64,000 bases of DNA from an uncultured virus (IMG/VR IMGVR_UViG_3300024308_000022) (IMGVR_UViG_3300024308_000022:1-64000); one strand, 5' to 3'; positions 40,023 through 49,393 are shown, numbered from the stretch's first letter. Program-made: numbers and translations. The notes: generated by a model not told the origin, from the sequence alone.

Positions 40023-40196
40023 GTGGATAAACAATACAGTAATGTGGCTATTCTAGCCAACGCGCTGGAGCTTGCCCAGCAACTGGTTTTGGGCGTCTGC
40101 GGAGAGGAGGTGGCTTCGGCCACCGCACTCGACGTCGCAGATGACGTAGCCGTTTGTATGAATCAACACATTGCACCGGAGGTCCGTCGTGCTTAG
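40023..40196 (+). CDS. 57-aa small protein absent from the ORF track
   Basis: GGAG RBS, GTG start, MDKQYSNVAILANALELAQ...; fills the gap and overlaps the next start. Confidence 0.65.
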   Translation: MDKQYSNVAILANALELAQQLVLGVCGEEVASATALDVADDVAVCMNQHIAPEVRRA

Positions 40197-41616
40197 TCCT
40201 ATTGCATTACAAAACGCACAGCGTATCGACGAGCAACTGAAAGAACGTGGAATCGTACTCCGTGTTTTACCAGAGACTCCTCTTGCGGCTATTTTAGAAA
40301 CGTGTGCTCCTGTGTCACAAGCAGAGATCGCCATGGAAGACAGCATGTATATCGAGTCCGTCACTAACGGCGAAGACGTACGTGCACTGAACCATGACGA
40401 CACGCTGAATCACGAAATCGAAAACTTCAAAGCACGCTTACAAGCCCAGTTGAAGTTTTCAAAAGACGTCGTGAATCCACAGATTCGCGCTGTGTACGAA
40501 GCGGTAAGTGCTGACGTCAAAGAAGTACCGATGACTCCTTACGTGATCGTGGAGTGCTGTCCTGCTGACGTGTTTCAAAACGACACTCTACATGAGCTGA
40601 TTCGTCCTGTTGCTACCCGTACGTACCAGCCAGGCACAGCCATGGCGATGGGCTTTAAGAACTTCCCAGCACGCAGTGAGGACGAACTCAAAGCACTGAT
40701 CGCCACAGGCTCTGGTGTGTTAGACGACACGGTGTTAGAGCACGTAGCTGCACAGGGTGCTGACTTCTTAACGTCCGTGTACAACAAGTACTTCGTGTCA
40801 GGTGACATCGTCAACTGTTTAGCCTTAAACCAAGTCAACGTCTCTGAGATGTTGGTGTTGTTCTTGATGGCACGTAACTTAGTAGATGAAACACCAGCAG
40901 AAGGTGTAGCGTCTACGATGGCTCAGTACACCAACCAGATGGTGGATTTGTTCAGTGCTGCTGCGTACTACTGCATTGCAGAGATTGAGCGGCAGGACAT
41001 CCACGCGAAGTCAGACCGTGTGGTGATCAACTTCCCTGCTGCAGCAAATGCAGAAGGACAGCTAGTGATTGAAGTATCCGCACGTCACTACGAAGACTAC
41101 TTAGCCAATGGCGGTAGTGCAGATGCAATCATCGGGTCAGCATTGTCTACTCAAGTGCGTGACAGCAATGAGTTACTGGCACAGAACGAGACGTTAACCC
41201 GTACGTTCTTAGCGAATGAGAAAACTCGCATTACGCAGTCAGAAGACCAAATGGGACAACGCTTACGAGAGAGTATCTCCAACGTCATGCGTCGTGTGTG
41301 TCATGAAGCACAAGAGCAAGACGTGGTATTAGCCAACGTAGGTGAAGGGTCACTGGAAGAGAACTTGTTACGCCACTTAAATGAAGCGTTAGCGATGTTC
41401 AGCGACTACGACTTGATCAAACGTCCTTACTTTGCCGTACAGCAAATCGTCTGTCACACACTTTACAATGGGAGTGATGCACTGGAGTTTATCCGTGCAA
41501 TCGACGCCTTTGCTGAAAAGTACCCAGACGATGACGTCCGTAAAAACGCTTACCGTGCGTTAGTAGCGAAAGTCTGTGCGTTTGTAGCAGGTATGTTTAC
41601 TGCGACCTTGGAGTAA
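40189..41616 (+). CDS. conserved core or virion protein (phiKZ gp177-like position)
   Basis: GTG after GGAGG; synteny between RNAP and protease genes. Confidence 0.65.
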   Translation: MLSPIALQNAQRIDEQLKERGIVLRVLPETPLAAILETCAPVSQAEIAMEDSMYIESVTNGEDVRALNHDDTLNHEIENFKARLQAQLKFSKDVVNPQIRAVYEAVSADVKEVPMTPYVIVECCPADVFQNDTLHELIRPVATRTYQPGTAMAMGFKNFPARSEDELKALIATGSGVLDDTVLEHVAAQGADFLTSVYNKYFVSGDIVNCLALNQVNVSEMLVLFLMARNLVDETPAEGVASTMAQYTNQMVDLFSAAAYYCIAEIERQDIHAKSDRVVINFPAAANAEGQLVIEVSARHYEDYLANGGSADAIIGSALSTQVRDSNELLAQNETLTRTFLANEKTRITQSEDQMGQRLRESISNVMRRVCHEAQEQDVVLANVGEGSLEENLLRHLNEALAMFSDYDLIKRPYFAVQQIVCHTLYNGSDALEFIRAIDAFAEKYPDDDVRKNAYRALVAKVCAFVAGMFTATLE

Positions 41617-41622
41617 CGTCGT

Positions 41623-42345
41623 ATGGATTTACTCGCACTCAAACGAGACGCAGTGCGCGTAAACCAGACGTTGAAGACGTTGGACGATGGGAGTGTGATC
41701 ACCACCACAGGGTGTCGGTTACACGTCCCAGCCAAGTACTTTGAGAAAGGCTTAGGAGCATTCGGGGACGAGACCTTCGTCCTCGGTGTTTTTGCGCTTC
41801 AGTCTGGAGACGCGTACGCGGTCTCTAAAATCACGACACTGGTGGAGATCACTCCTACGGGGAGTAGTCGATACACCCAAGGGAAACTGGAGTACATTGA
41901 GTTTTACTTTGCACCCAACAGTGTGGTGTTTCCTACCCGCAAGGTGATCGTACGTGATACCATCACGTATGAGATCTTTGACTTCTTTATTGCCTCTGGG
42001 TATGTGCCTTGGTATTTCACTCCGTTTGACTTAGGTAACTTGTACGGTCGTGCAGGCGTGTACAACAAGGTTCGTTTGGGGGCTGACCGTACTGTAATTC
42101 AGTTGATGGCTGCAGTGATGACGCGTGTGGCTGGGAATAAGAAGCAGTACTGGCGACACACGTTAGAAACACCAGCAGACTTAGAGAAACGCAACTACGA
42201 GTTTGTTCCTTTTAGTAGTGTACTCTACAGTGCGACGAGTACGATTTCACGGTTGATGGGTGCGTACTACGATGAAGGTTTAATCGGTGCGTTAGTGAAT
42301 CCTTCTGAGCGTGTGGAAGGGACAGAAAAGTTACTACGGCTTTAG
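41623..42345 (+). CDS. conserved core protein (phiKZ gp176-like position)
   Basis: 240 aa; synteny. Confidence 0.6.
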   Translation: MDLLALKRDAVRVNQTLKTLDDGSVITTTGCRLHVPAKYFEKGLGAFGDETFVLGVFALQSGDAYAVSKITTLVEITPTGSSRYTQGKLEYIEFYFAPNSVVFPTRKVIVRDTITYEIFDFFIASGYVPWYFTPFDLGNLYGRAGVYNKVRLGADRTVIQLMAAVMTRVAGNKKQYWRHTLETPADLEKRNYEFVPFSSVLYSATSTISRLMGAYYDEGLIGALVNPSERVEGTEKLLRL

Positions 42346-42354
42346 GAGGAGCGA

Positions 42355-43086
42355 ATGGACTTTACGAAAGACTACAAAGACCTGGAGCAATTCCTGAAGA
42401 TTACGTTTCCTGATAAACGTAACTTAGTGACTCCTGTGGAACGCACTGCTGAACACCCCGTGATGCTGCACATCTCCAAAGACAGTGGGATCAAAGAGTT
42501 TACACCTCGTGTGGCTGCACGCTCAGCGAACGTTGAAGACACCAGCTTACCGAGAGTCTGTGTGAGTCTCTCAGTACTAGAGTGTGTAGTAGGGTATGGA
42601 AACGTCCTGTGGGACTTTCTATGGGGGGATCGGGAGAACGACGGGTTTAAAGGCGGGTATTATATCTACGCATTACCGTATCGTTTAGCACTGAAACCTG
42701 ACGTGAAGCTTTTAAGTGACGTCGTGAAAACCAACGAGCATTGGCTGGTAGGGTACAACCGTCGTCGCTACAGCATCACCCCTGACGTCATTGGAAAGCT
42801 CTGGTTGGATGAAACCCAAACGGAGCGATTTGGGGATCAGAAATTCCAGTATGAGTTTACCTTGTACTTAGAATGCAGTACTGAGCTTTGGGTGTCTCCA
42901 GATCGAAAAGTAGAGGCTGGTTACTACGAGATCAAAGTCAAAGGCGCAAAGAGCGATACGTTCTGGAATCTTGACTCTGACCACGTGAGCGTGCAGACGC
43001 TGTCCAAAGACGAGTACACGAAGCGTAAGAAGTTAAAGGTGTCGTTGCTCTCGTTAGAGCATACCCCACAAAGCAAGGAGTTTTAG
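42355..43086 (+). CDS. hypothetical protein, possible ADP-ribosyltransferase-like fold
   Basis: LHIS...FTPR...ED..PRVCVS...TNEHW; C-terminal SLE site. Confidence 0.45.
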   Translation: MDFTKDYKDLEQFLKITFPDKRNLVTPVERTAEHPVMLHISKDSGIKEFTPRVAARSANVEDTSLPRVCVSLSVLECVVGYGNVLWDFLWGDRENDGFKGGYYIYALPYRLALKPDVKLLSDVVKTNEHWLVGYNRRRYSITPDVIGKLWLDETQTERFGDQKFQYEFTLYLECSTELWVSPDRKVEAGYYEIKVKGAKSDTFWNLDSDHVSVQTLSKDEYTKRKKLKVSLLSLEHTPQSKEF

Positions 43087-43088
43087 GT

Positions 43089-43829
43089 ATGAAGTTTCAA
43101 TGTACGGCCTTAAATGGGACGAATAAAGCAGGGCAGCTCACGCCCGACCACTTAGGGTACTACACCGTGATCCTCGGTGCATTGGAGTACCCAAACTCCG
43201 TAGGCTACACCTACGCATTGCAAGGGGCGTTGCATCTCTTTGCGGAGTCCAGTGCGTTTATGCGTCGGGTGCAAGACGGCTACCTCACCGGTGAGTGTGG
43301 CCATCCGAAACGTGCTCCTGGGATGACGTACGACGATTACATGGTGCGGGTGCATACCCTGGAAGAGACGAACATCTCTCACCATATCTCTAAAGTGTGG
43401 TTAGACTACTCACAGAAACACTTGCACAACGGTGCGGTGTTGATCATGGGGAAAGTCAAACCGTCAGGTCCAATGGGTCCTGCGCTACGGGAAGCGTTGT
43501 CTAACCCAGAGCAGAACGTCGCGTTTAGTATTCGTAGTTTCACACGAGACGATGACGTACGGCGCATCAAGTACTTGGATACGATCTTAACGTGGGATTG
43601 GGTGTCAGAACCTGGGTTACGTCCTGCGAATAAGTTTGCATCTCCTGCACTGGAATCGGTCTGTATGGACTTAGACGTTCCATTGGAAGTCTTACTGGCT
43701 GCTCAGAAGAAAGTCCACACCTTAGGGTTAGGCTTTGAGTCAGCACAGAGTCTACTGAACGAAACGGTGGGGAGTTACCAAAAAGCTACGCTAAACGTCG
43801 CGAAGGTTTCTGGAAGCCATACGTGGTAA
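43089..43829 (+). CDS. prohead protease (phiKZ gp175-like)
   Basis: GECGHP, FSIRS and TWDWV.EPG motifs; C-terminal ALE/GFE self-cleavage-type sites. Confidence 0.88.
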   Translation: MKFQCTALNGTNKAGQLTPDHLGYYTVILGALEYPNSVGYTYALQGALHLFAESSAFMRRVQDGYLTGECGHPKRAPGMTYDDYMVRVHTLEETNISHHISKVWLDYSQKHLHNGAVLIMGKVKPSGPMGPALREALSNPEQNVAFSIRSFTRDDDVRRIKYLDTILTWDWVSEPGLRPANKFASPALESVCMDLDVPLEVLLAAQKKVHTLGLGFESAQSLLNETVGSYQKATLNVAKVSGSHTW

Positions 43830-43835
43830 GTACGA

Positions 43836-43869
43836 CATACGAGGGAGGGGTTACACCCTCCCTCTATGC
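43836..43869 (+). terminator. CATA...TATG-flanked hairpin
   Basis: GAGGGAGGG...CCCTCCCTC followed by TATGC. Confidence 0.7.
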
Positions 43870-43879
43870 TGTGTGCGGA

Positions 43880-43908
43880 TGGAATTTAAAACAGATCTAC
43901 ATCATCAC
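43880..43908 (+). promoter_or_regulatory. putative early phage promoter
   Basis: TGGAATTTAAAACAGATCTACATCATC. Confidence 0.7.
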
Positions 43909-43943
43909 TATAGAGAACTACTACCTTTACAAGGAGCTACCTG

Positions 43944-44633
43944 ATGGCTTATGAAATTCGAATCGTTCCGTTACTCAAAACGTGGGTCACTTTACCTACG
44001 GTCCCGCCGGAAGCTGGATACCAACAACCTACCGAAACTTTGTTTGAAGAGTTGTTGACGTATGACCGCACGGATGACGACTTGAAACAGTTGGCGCTTG
44101 ATGCCAATAGTTTGTTTTACGGTTTAACATTAGACCCCACCGCGATTGCGGGTTTACCCAGTGGTTACGCGTTAGCGCTTTACTTAAACGTACGGTACAA
44201 CAACCCTGTGCTGAACACACAGTTCCCTGTTCGTCAAGTCTTTAAGAACACCGCTGGGGAGTGGGTGGATCACTTTCCAATCTCTCAGCACTCGATGGCG
44301 GGGTTGTGTTTACTCGCTGGGGTACTCAGTCGTTTACACGTGATCACAAAGAAAACCACCTCTGCTGAGCAAGCGACGATCGCGAACAATACATTACGAC
44401 TCTACCGTCGGGTGTGCTGGTTGATCTATACGTTACAACAAACGTATGCTCAGTTTGACACCAGTGACCGTGTGGTCTTTGCCTGTGCGAACTACCAAGG
44501 AGCCACACCAGAGACGTCACTGTCGGTGGTGTATATGGATGAAGCCAAACTCAACACGTACATTGCTGCAGGTCATACCCCAGAAAGTATCGCAGAGTAT
44601 TTCTTAGCCAATGAGGAAGACCCAGCACTTTAA
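43944..44633 (+). CDS. hypothetical protein
   Basis: AAGGAG RBS; 229 aa. Confidence 0.75.
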   Translation: MAYEIRIVPLLKTWVTLPTVPPEAGYQQPTETLFEELLTYDRTDDDLKQLALDANSLFYGLTLDPTAIAGLPSGYALALYLNVRYNNPVLNTQFPVRQVFKNTAGEWVDHFPISQHSMAGLCLLAGVLSRLHVITKKTTSAEQATIANNTLRLYRRVCWLIYTLQQTYAQFDTSDRVVFACANYQGATPETSLSVVYMDEAKLNTYIAAGHTPESIAEYFLANEEDPAL

Positions 44634-44694
44634 GCTTACGGTGTACGGATGGAGGGAGTCCTCCTCCGTATGCCCTCTTACAGAAGGATACGGT

Positions 44695-44997
44695 ATGAAA
44701 AAGTTAAAAATTGACTTACGAGACCTCCCAGAGTCACTGTCTACAGAGCACGTCGAACAAGCGGTGAGTGGGGTAGACTTCCCACCGTTTGAAACATGCG
44801 TAGGAGAGCTTGTGGTGCGTTTAAAGAGTAAACAAAGGCTCTCGTCTACCTTTGCGTGTGAGTTCTTTAAAAGGCTGTGTGAGACGTTTAGCTTTAGTAA
44901 GATCACGGTAGAAGACCAATCCGAAAATAGCACGCATTCAAGACTGTTGCAAGCAGGCTATGCGCATGTGTGTGTTTTAAAATCAGCAGGACAATAG
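44695..44997 (+). CDS. hypothetical protein
   Basis: ATG after AAGGA. Confidence 0.6.
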   Translation: MKKLKIDLRDLPESLSTEHVEQAVSGVDFPPFETCVGELVVRLKSKQRLSSTFACEFFKRLCETFSFSKITVEDQSENSTHSRLLQAGYAHVCVLKSAGQ

Positions 44998-45004
44998 AGG
45001 GCGT

Positions 45005-45151
45005 ATGTTAAACAAATTCCACCAACATTTATTACGTTTAAGCCAACCTACCGTACAACCTAAAGCGCAGTGGAACGTCACCGTGTTTCGTAAGGGACAA
45101 CCGGTGTATAAAGGGAGACTGAGTAGTGAAATTGAATCAAACCGCTCGTAG
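45005..45151 (+). CDS. 48-aa small ORF
   Basis: GAGG RBS; MLNKFHQHLLRL... Confidence 0.4.
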   Translation: MLNKFHQHLLRLSQPTVQPKAQWNVTVFRKGQPVYKGRLSSEIESNRS

Positions 45152-45425
45152 TGTAAAGACAGCGCTAATGTCCGATCCTCCCGAAGAACCCCGTCGTATA
45201 GAAACTTTAAAAGCTGGAGAACACGGTTTTAAAATCGTGTTTACTAGACCCGAACTTCCACTTTTCGTTATCGAAGAAACCCTCGATTGGAGTCTGAAAC
45301 AACCAACACACACTAAAGGGCTAGGAAGTTGGCTTTCTACACCTGAAGCTCTGAAGTATTTCCACGAGCAACAGTACCAGAAATCACTCCGTCAAATCGA
45401 CAGCGTACCCGAGCACTTACGTTAA
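45126..45425 (+). CDS. hypothetical protein (start uncertain)
   Basis: ORF track. Confidence 0.45.
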   Translation: MKLNQTARSVKTALMSDPPEEPRRIETLKAGEHGFKIVFTRPELPLFVIEETLDWSLKQPTHTKGLGSWLSTPEALKYFHEQQYQKSLRQIDSVPEHLR

Positions 45426-45519
45426 AATAAAAAACTACGACACCAGTCTATCTAGTGTCGTAGTACTATTTTTTTGTAAACTTTACTAAAACACACTCTG
45501 AGAAAAGGAAGAAAGACCC

Positions 45520-46695
45520 ATGTCAAATTTCATGCAAGTTGCTGGTATTAACACGATCGCTGGTAAAGCACGTCAGGTGGCTGCTGCAGCACACACTGAC
45601 GCTAACTACTTTAAGGTGTTACAAAACCAACAGAAGATCATCAACTCTGAAATGAAAGAGCTGGTCGATTGGTTAGCTATCGCTGCTGAGTTACAGCCTA
45701 AAGTGATCGCAGAAAAAGAACGTATCGCCGCTGTGTGGGCAAAACACACTCCAGAAAGTGGTACTACTCCGTCCGCTGAAGATGTCCAGTTTGACCCAGA
45801 CCTGAATGCCGAATACTCCCACGCGCTGTTCCAAATCCGTGATGGTTACGCTGATGTGTTATTCACTGTGTACGGTGGTGTGCATTTAGCAGGCTGGAAC
45901 GCAGACGAAGACTTAGCTGCAGTGTGTCAATCCAACGTATCGAAGTTCGATCGTAACGAAGAAGACGCAGCAAAGACCAAAGCGAAATACGAAGCATTGA
46001 ATGTTGAAACGTATCAGATTCAACAGACACTGTTTGGTCAGACGTTCTGGATTACTCGCAGTGCGAAAGAACAGCTGTTCAACGGTGAGATGATCGCTGA
46101 AGGCAAATGGTTGAAGTCTGTGAACTTCAAAGAGCCTACCTTCCGTCCTTCTGCTCAAGTCGATGCTGAGTACGCACAGATGGAAGCCACCAGTCAAGCA
46201 GCTGGTGCGTTACGCCAACTGTTTGATGTGTTCAACAGCAAGATGGCTGAAGTCGAAGCGGCTCACTCCGGTGAAGGTAATGCGTTTGCTGACTTTAACG
46301 CAGAAACAAACCTGATCGAGCGTTTAGGTTTTGAAATCCCTGAGTCAGTAGACAGTATTCTGAAGTCACTGTACTTCAAAGCAGAAGCCGACGGTAGTTT
46401 CACTCCTGACGCAGCGAAGATTCCACAGTTGATCAACTTAGTGCGTGACTTAACTCAGGACCAGCGCAGTGGCATGCCTGGTGTAAACATGGACGTACGT
46501 CCAGTGAGTGATGAGTCTGGTTACGTGATCACCCGTTTGCGTTTACCTTTCCAGGTAGGTTACATTGACCTGATGGAACCGTTAGATGCGTTGTACGATT
46601 CACTGCGCGCAAAAGAGCAAGCCCGTCAAGAAGAGCTTGCTGAAGTACGTGAAGAGTTAGCTGCAGACACTGCGATGGAAGCAGCTAACGATTAA
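45520..46695 (+). CDS. MazG-like all-alpha NTP pyrophosphohydrolase with extra C-terminal domain
   Basis: SEMKEL, IRDGYADVLFTVYG, SNVSKF and GKWLKS motifs. Confidence 0.75.
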   Translation: MSNFMQVAGINTIAGKARQVAAAAHTDANYFKVLQNQQKIINSEMKELVDWLAIAAELQPKVIAEKERIAAVWAKHTPESGTTPSAEDVQFDPDLNAEYSHALFQIRDGYADVLFTVYGGVHLAGWNADEDLAAVCQSNVSKFDRNEEDAAKTKAKYEALNVETYQIQQTLFGQTFWITRSAKEQLFNGEMIAEGKWLKSVNFKEPTFRPSAQVDAEYAQMEATSQAAGALRQLFDVFNSKMAEVEAAHSGEGNAFADFNAETNLIERLGFEIPESVDSILKSLYFKAEADGSFTPDAAKIPQLINLVRDLTQDQRSGMPGVNMDVRPVSDESGYVITRLRLPFQVGYIDLMEPLDALYDSLRAKEQARQEELAEVREELAADTAMEAAND

Positions 46696-46709
46696 TTAAA
46701 CCGCGGTTT

Positions 46710-46735
46710 AAAGGAAGAGTGAACTCTTCCTTTTC
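46710..46735 (+). terminator. intrinsic terminator
   Basis: AAGGAAGAGT-GA-ACTCTTCCTT followed by Ts. Confidence 0.7.
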
Positions 46736-46755
46736 TGTCCGCTTTAGGAGTTTTT

Positions 46756-47289
46756 ATGTCCTCTAGTGAAGTAAGCGATTCGCGCGTATACATCCCCGCC
46801 GTTTGTACGAATAGTCAAATACATTTTCTGGTTGACAAAATGTATTTAGTTGAAACCAGTGGGCTGTGTTACTGTGAAAAGCCATTTTATACTGCTCCTT
46901 TGAAATTCGGTACACCGGCTCCACTACTGACGTTAACCAACAGACCAGAGTTACATCCTCGCGGAACACCATACACGAACGATACGTTAGGTCGGGTGTG
47001 GTTACGTAAGTTAATCGTACATGGAATTGAGAAAACAGCACCGGTGACGTGGGACATCGAGTTGATCGTCGGACAACCGTTGGAATTCGAATTCACACTC
47101 CAGCGTGCTGGGTGTTCGGGTCTCGAAACAATAGTGATTACCCGCCAAGAAAGTGCCGAAGGCGAGATACTCGTCAGTATCGACTCTAAAGAGTTTCCTG
47201 GTCTGTATCAACAATACCCCATTAATACGGGTTATGAAGTCTTCTTTGAACGCATTAAGAGGCCAGCCCATGCAGAAAGTGAAAACTGA
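46756..47289 (+). CDS. hypothetical protein
   Basis: AGGAG RBS. Confidence 0.7.
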   Translation: MSSSEVSDSRVYIPAVCTNSQIHFLVDKMYLVETSGLCYCEKPFYTAPLKFGTPAPLLTLTNRPELHPRGTPYTNDTLGRVWLRKLIVHGIEKTAPVTWDIELIVGQPLEFEFTLQRAGCSGLETIVITRQESAEGEILVSIDSKEFPGLYQQYPINTGYEVFFERIKRPAHAESEN

Positions 47290-47701
47290 AACGACGGATA
47301 GTACCATAAGAACTACTATCCAACTCGAAGGGTATTCTGGTAAGAAACAGATCAACCTCCTGGGTATCGCGTTGGCAACCAACCCAATGCTTGCGTGTGG
47401 TGTGGTGAATGAAATTTACGTAGAGTCGATTGAGTGGCAAGTAAACTCAGAACAAGGCGTACAGACGTTAATTCAGAAGAACCCTCTGCGCAACCAACGG
47501 GTTTCGATGTTACGTGCTGTAGGGCAATGTAAAAACATCGAAGCGTTGATGCGTCTGGAAGTTAGTCAGCTTAACGAACAAACCGGAATTCTGGCTTTTT
47601 ACTACCACGCTTTAGCGGACAGACCGGACCAAGATCCAGCTTTAAAATCTTTAACCTTAGTTATTTCTATCGGAGATCCAAATGTCCAATCCTCGTCTTA
47701 A
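47270..47701 (+). CDS. hypothetical protein
   Basis: ATG after GAGG, in the frame of ORF 47153..47701. Confidence 0.6.
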   Translation: MQKVKTETTDSTIRTTIQLEGYSGKKQINLLGIALATNPMLACGVVNEIYVESIEWQVNSEQGVQTLIQKNPLRNQRVSMLRAVGQCKNIEALMRLEVSQLNEQTGILAFYYHALADRPDQDPALKSLTLVISIGDPNVQSSS

Positions 47702-48575
47702 TCCATTTAGTATCTCGTTTGAACAGCAATACATCCAGTCGATACACGACGTATTAGACTACGGTGTGCGTATCCCTAACGAACGCACCGGCATCGATTG
47801 TATCCAGCTGATCAACCAAGACTTTTACATCGACGCTGCTTCAGATGACTTCCCTTTACTGACCATTCGTAAAGTAGGAATCAAACGGATGTTTGCCGAG
47901 CTCTTGGGATACTTCAAACAGTTTACCTCCGCTGCTCAATTCCGTGCTTTAGGTACTCCAAACTGGGACGCTAACGCCAATGAAACCAAAGCGTGGTTAG
48001 CCAACCCGAACCGTAAAGGTGAAGACGACATCGGTTTGGTGTACGGTGCGGTAGCGGCCAACTGGCCTAAGCACGACGGTACGACGATCGACTTATTCCG
48101 TCGTGTGTACGACAACTTGAAGAAGGGAATCGACGATCGGGGACTTATAGTCACCTATTGGAATCCGGGCTTATTTGAATTAGGTGCGTTGCGTCCTTGT
48201 ATGCATGGTTTCCAATTCAGTTTGGAGCAAGGTGTGTTGCACCTACACCCCACACAACGGAGCAACGACAGCTTATTGGGCTGTGTGTCAAACATCCCTC
48301 AGTGTTATATGTTCTTACGTCTGATGGCACAGATCACTGGCCACGAACCGGGACGTGTGTATCACCGCAGTGTGAATTATCACGTTTACGCTAACCAGCT
48401 GGATGTATTACACGAGTCGGGTATGCTGGAACGTCAGCCTTATAACCCACCGAAGCTGTGGATTAACCCGGAGATTCGTACGTGGGACGACGTCGTGAAC
48501 TGGGTGACTCCCGATGACTTTAAGTTACTGGACTACACGTCACATCCTGCGGTTGTGTTTCCGATGGCGAGTTAA
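47682..48575 (+). CDS. thyA: thymidylate synthase
   Basis: ERTG, FPLLT, G.VYG, LRPCMH (catalytic Cys), QRSND and HVY motifs. Confidence 0.96.
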   Translation: MSNPRLNPFSISFEQQYIQSIHDVLDYGVRIPNERTGIDCIQLINQDFYIDAASDDFPLLTIRKVGIKRMFAELLGYFKQFTSAAQFRALGTPNWDANANETKAWLANPNRKGEDDIGLVYGAVAANWPKHDGTTIDLFRRVYDNLKKGIDDRGLIVTYWNPGLFELGALRPCMHGFQFSLEQGVLHLHPTQRSNDSLLGCVSNIPQCYMFLRLMAQITGHEPGRVYHRSVNYHVYANQLDVLHESGMLERQPYNPPKLWINPEIRTWDDVVNWVTPDDFKLLDYTSHPAVVFPMAS

Positions 48576-48584
48576 GGAGCTGGT

Positions 48585-48871
48585 ATGAAAGTATTCAGAA
48601 CCAATCCGATTGTTGCTGCGGTGAAAATACTATGTCTCCGTGTACTGGGGAGTTTGACTTTGACAAATTTCACGCAGGAAAAGGAGAGCACGTCCGCGAA
48701 ATCGATGACGACGGAGGTATTACGGTGGTCCGAGTGTCCAACGGTAATGGTCCTGTACGGGTAGGTCGTGTCGGGGATTACTTAGTGGAATTCGGTGACG
48801 GTAGCTACTCGATCGTTCCTAATGGGCTGGGATGTTTCGTAAACTCCGGTGGTGTTACGTTCAGCATGTGA
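48585..48871 (+). pseudogene. small phage protein split by a frameshift (or expressed from ATG 48632)
   Basis: RBS-led MKVFRTNPIVAAVKI in one frame and VGDYLV..DGSYSIVP in the -1 frame. Confidence 0.4.
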
Positions 48872-48889
48872 TAGCCGCAAGGAGGTAAG

Positions 48890-49117
48890 ATGTACACTTT
48901 ACTTTGGATTTTATTACTGGTGGTTGGATTCATCTGGGTGATGGGGTCTTTACTTTTTGGGTTTGTGTGGTGGGCGACGTACGATCCTAAAGTCCCTCCA
49001 CAACGTACCCGTAAAGACTTCTGGTTAGATTTAGCGGCTGTACTAGGATGGCCACTACTAATCTCTTTTGGTGTGTTAGACGTCTACTTAGACCGTTACC
49101 GAAACAAGACGGAATAG
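48890..49117 (+). CDS. small two-TM membrane protein (paralog A)
   Basis: AAGGAGG RBS; YDPKVP and WP motifs. Confidence 0.7.
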   Translation: MYTLLWILLLVVGFIWVMGSLLFGFVWWATYDPKVPPQRTRKDFWLDLAAVLGWPLLISFGVLDVYLDRYRNKTE

Positions 49118-49140
49118 GTTTCAGGCATACATTATCGTGA
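49111..49140 (+). promoter_or_regulatory. putative early phage promoter
   Basis: CAGGCATACATTATC matches the recurrent motif. Confidence 0.55.
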
Positions 49141-49165
49141 TGTACTCTAACAAGGGAGTTTACTG

Positions 49166-49393
49166 ATGATCGATGTTTGGTTGGGTTTCGCTTTCTATCT
49201 TTACGGTATTGTGGCGGTATCCCAGTTCGTCACCTACTGGTATTTTGGGTGGTGTATGTACGATCGTCGTGTGCCTTACGGAACGATCAACTACTACTTA
49301 AACACAGGTTGGGGGTATTGTTTGTGTATATTACTCTGGCCTGTTATGTGGATAGTACGATTGACGGTAGGACACATCAGAGTTAAACATTAA
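49166..49393 (+). CDS. small two-TM membrane protein (paralog B)
   Basis: GGGAG RBS; YDRRVP and WP motifs. Confidence 0.7.
   Translation: MIDVWLGFAFYLYGIVAVSQFVTYWYFGWCMYDRRVPYGTINYYLNTGWGYCLCILLWPVMWIVRLTVGHIRVKH

Noticed and set aside
47682..48575. Intron in thyA, or a dNMP hydroxymethylase identity
   Set aside because: The ORF is continuous and its motifs, including the Asn after the QRSxD segment, fit an ordinary thymidylate synthase.
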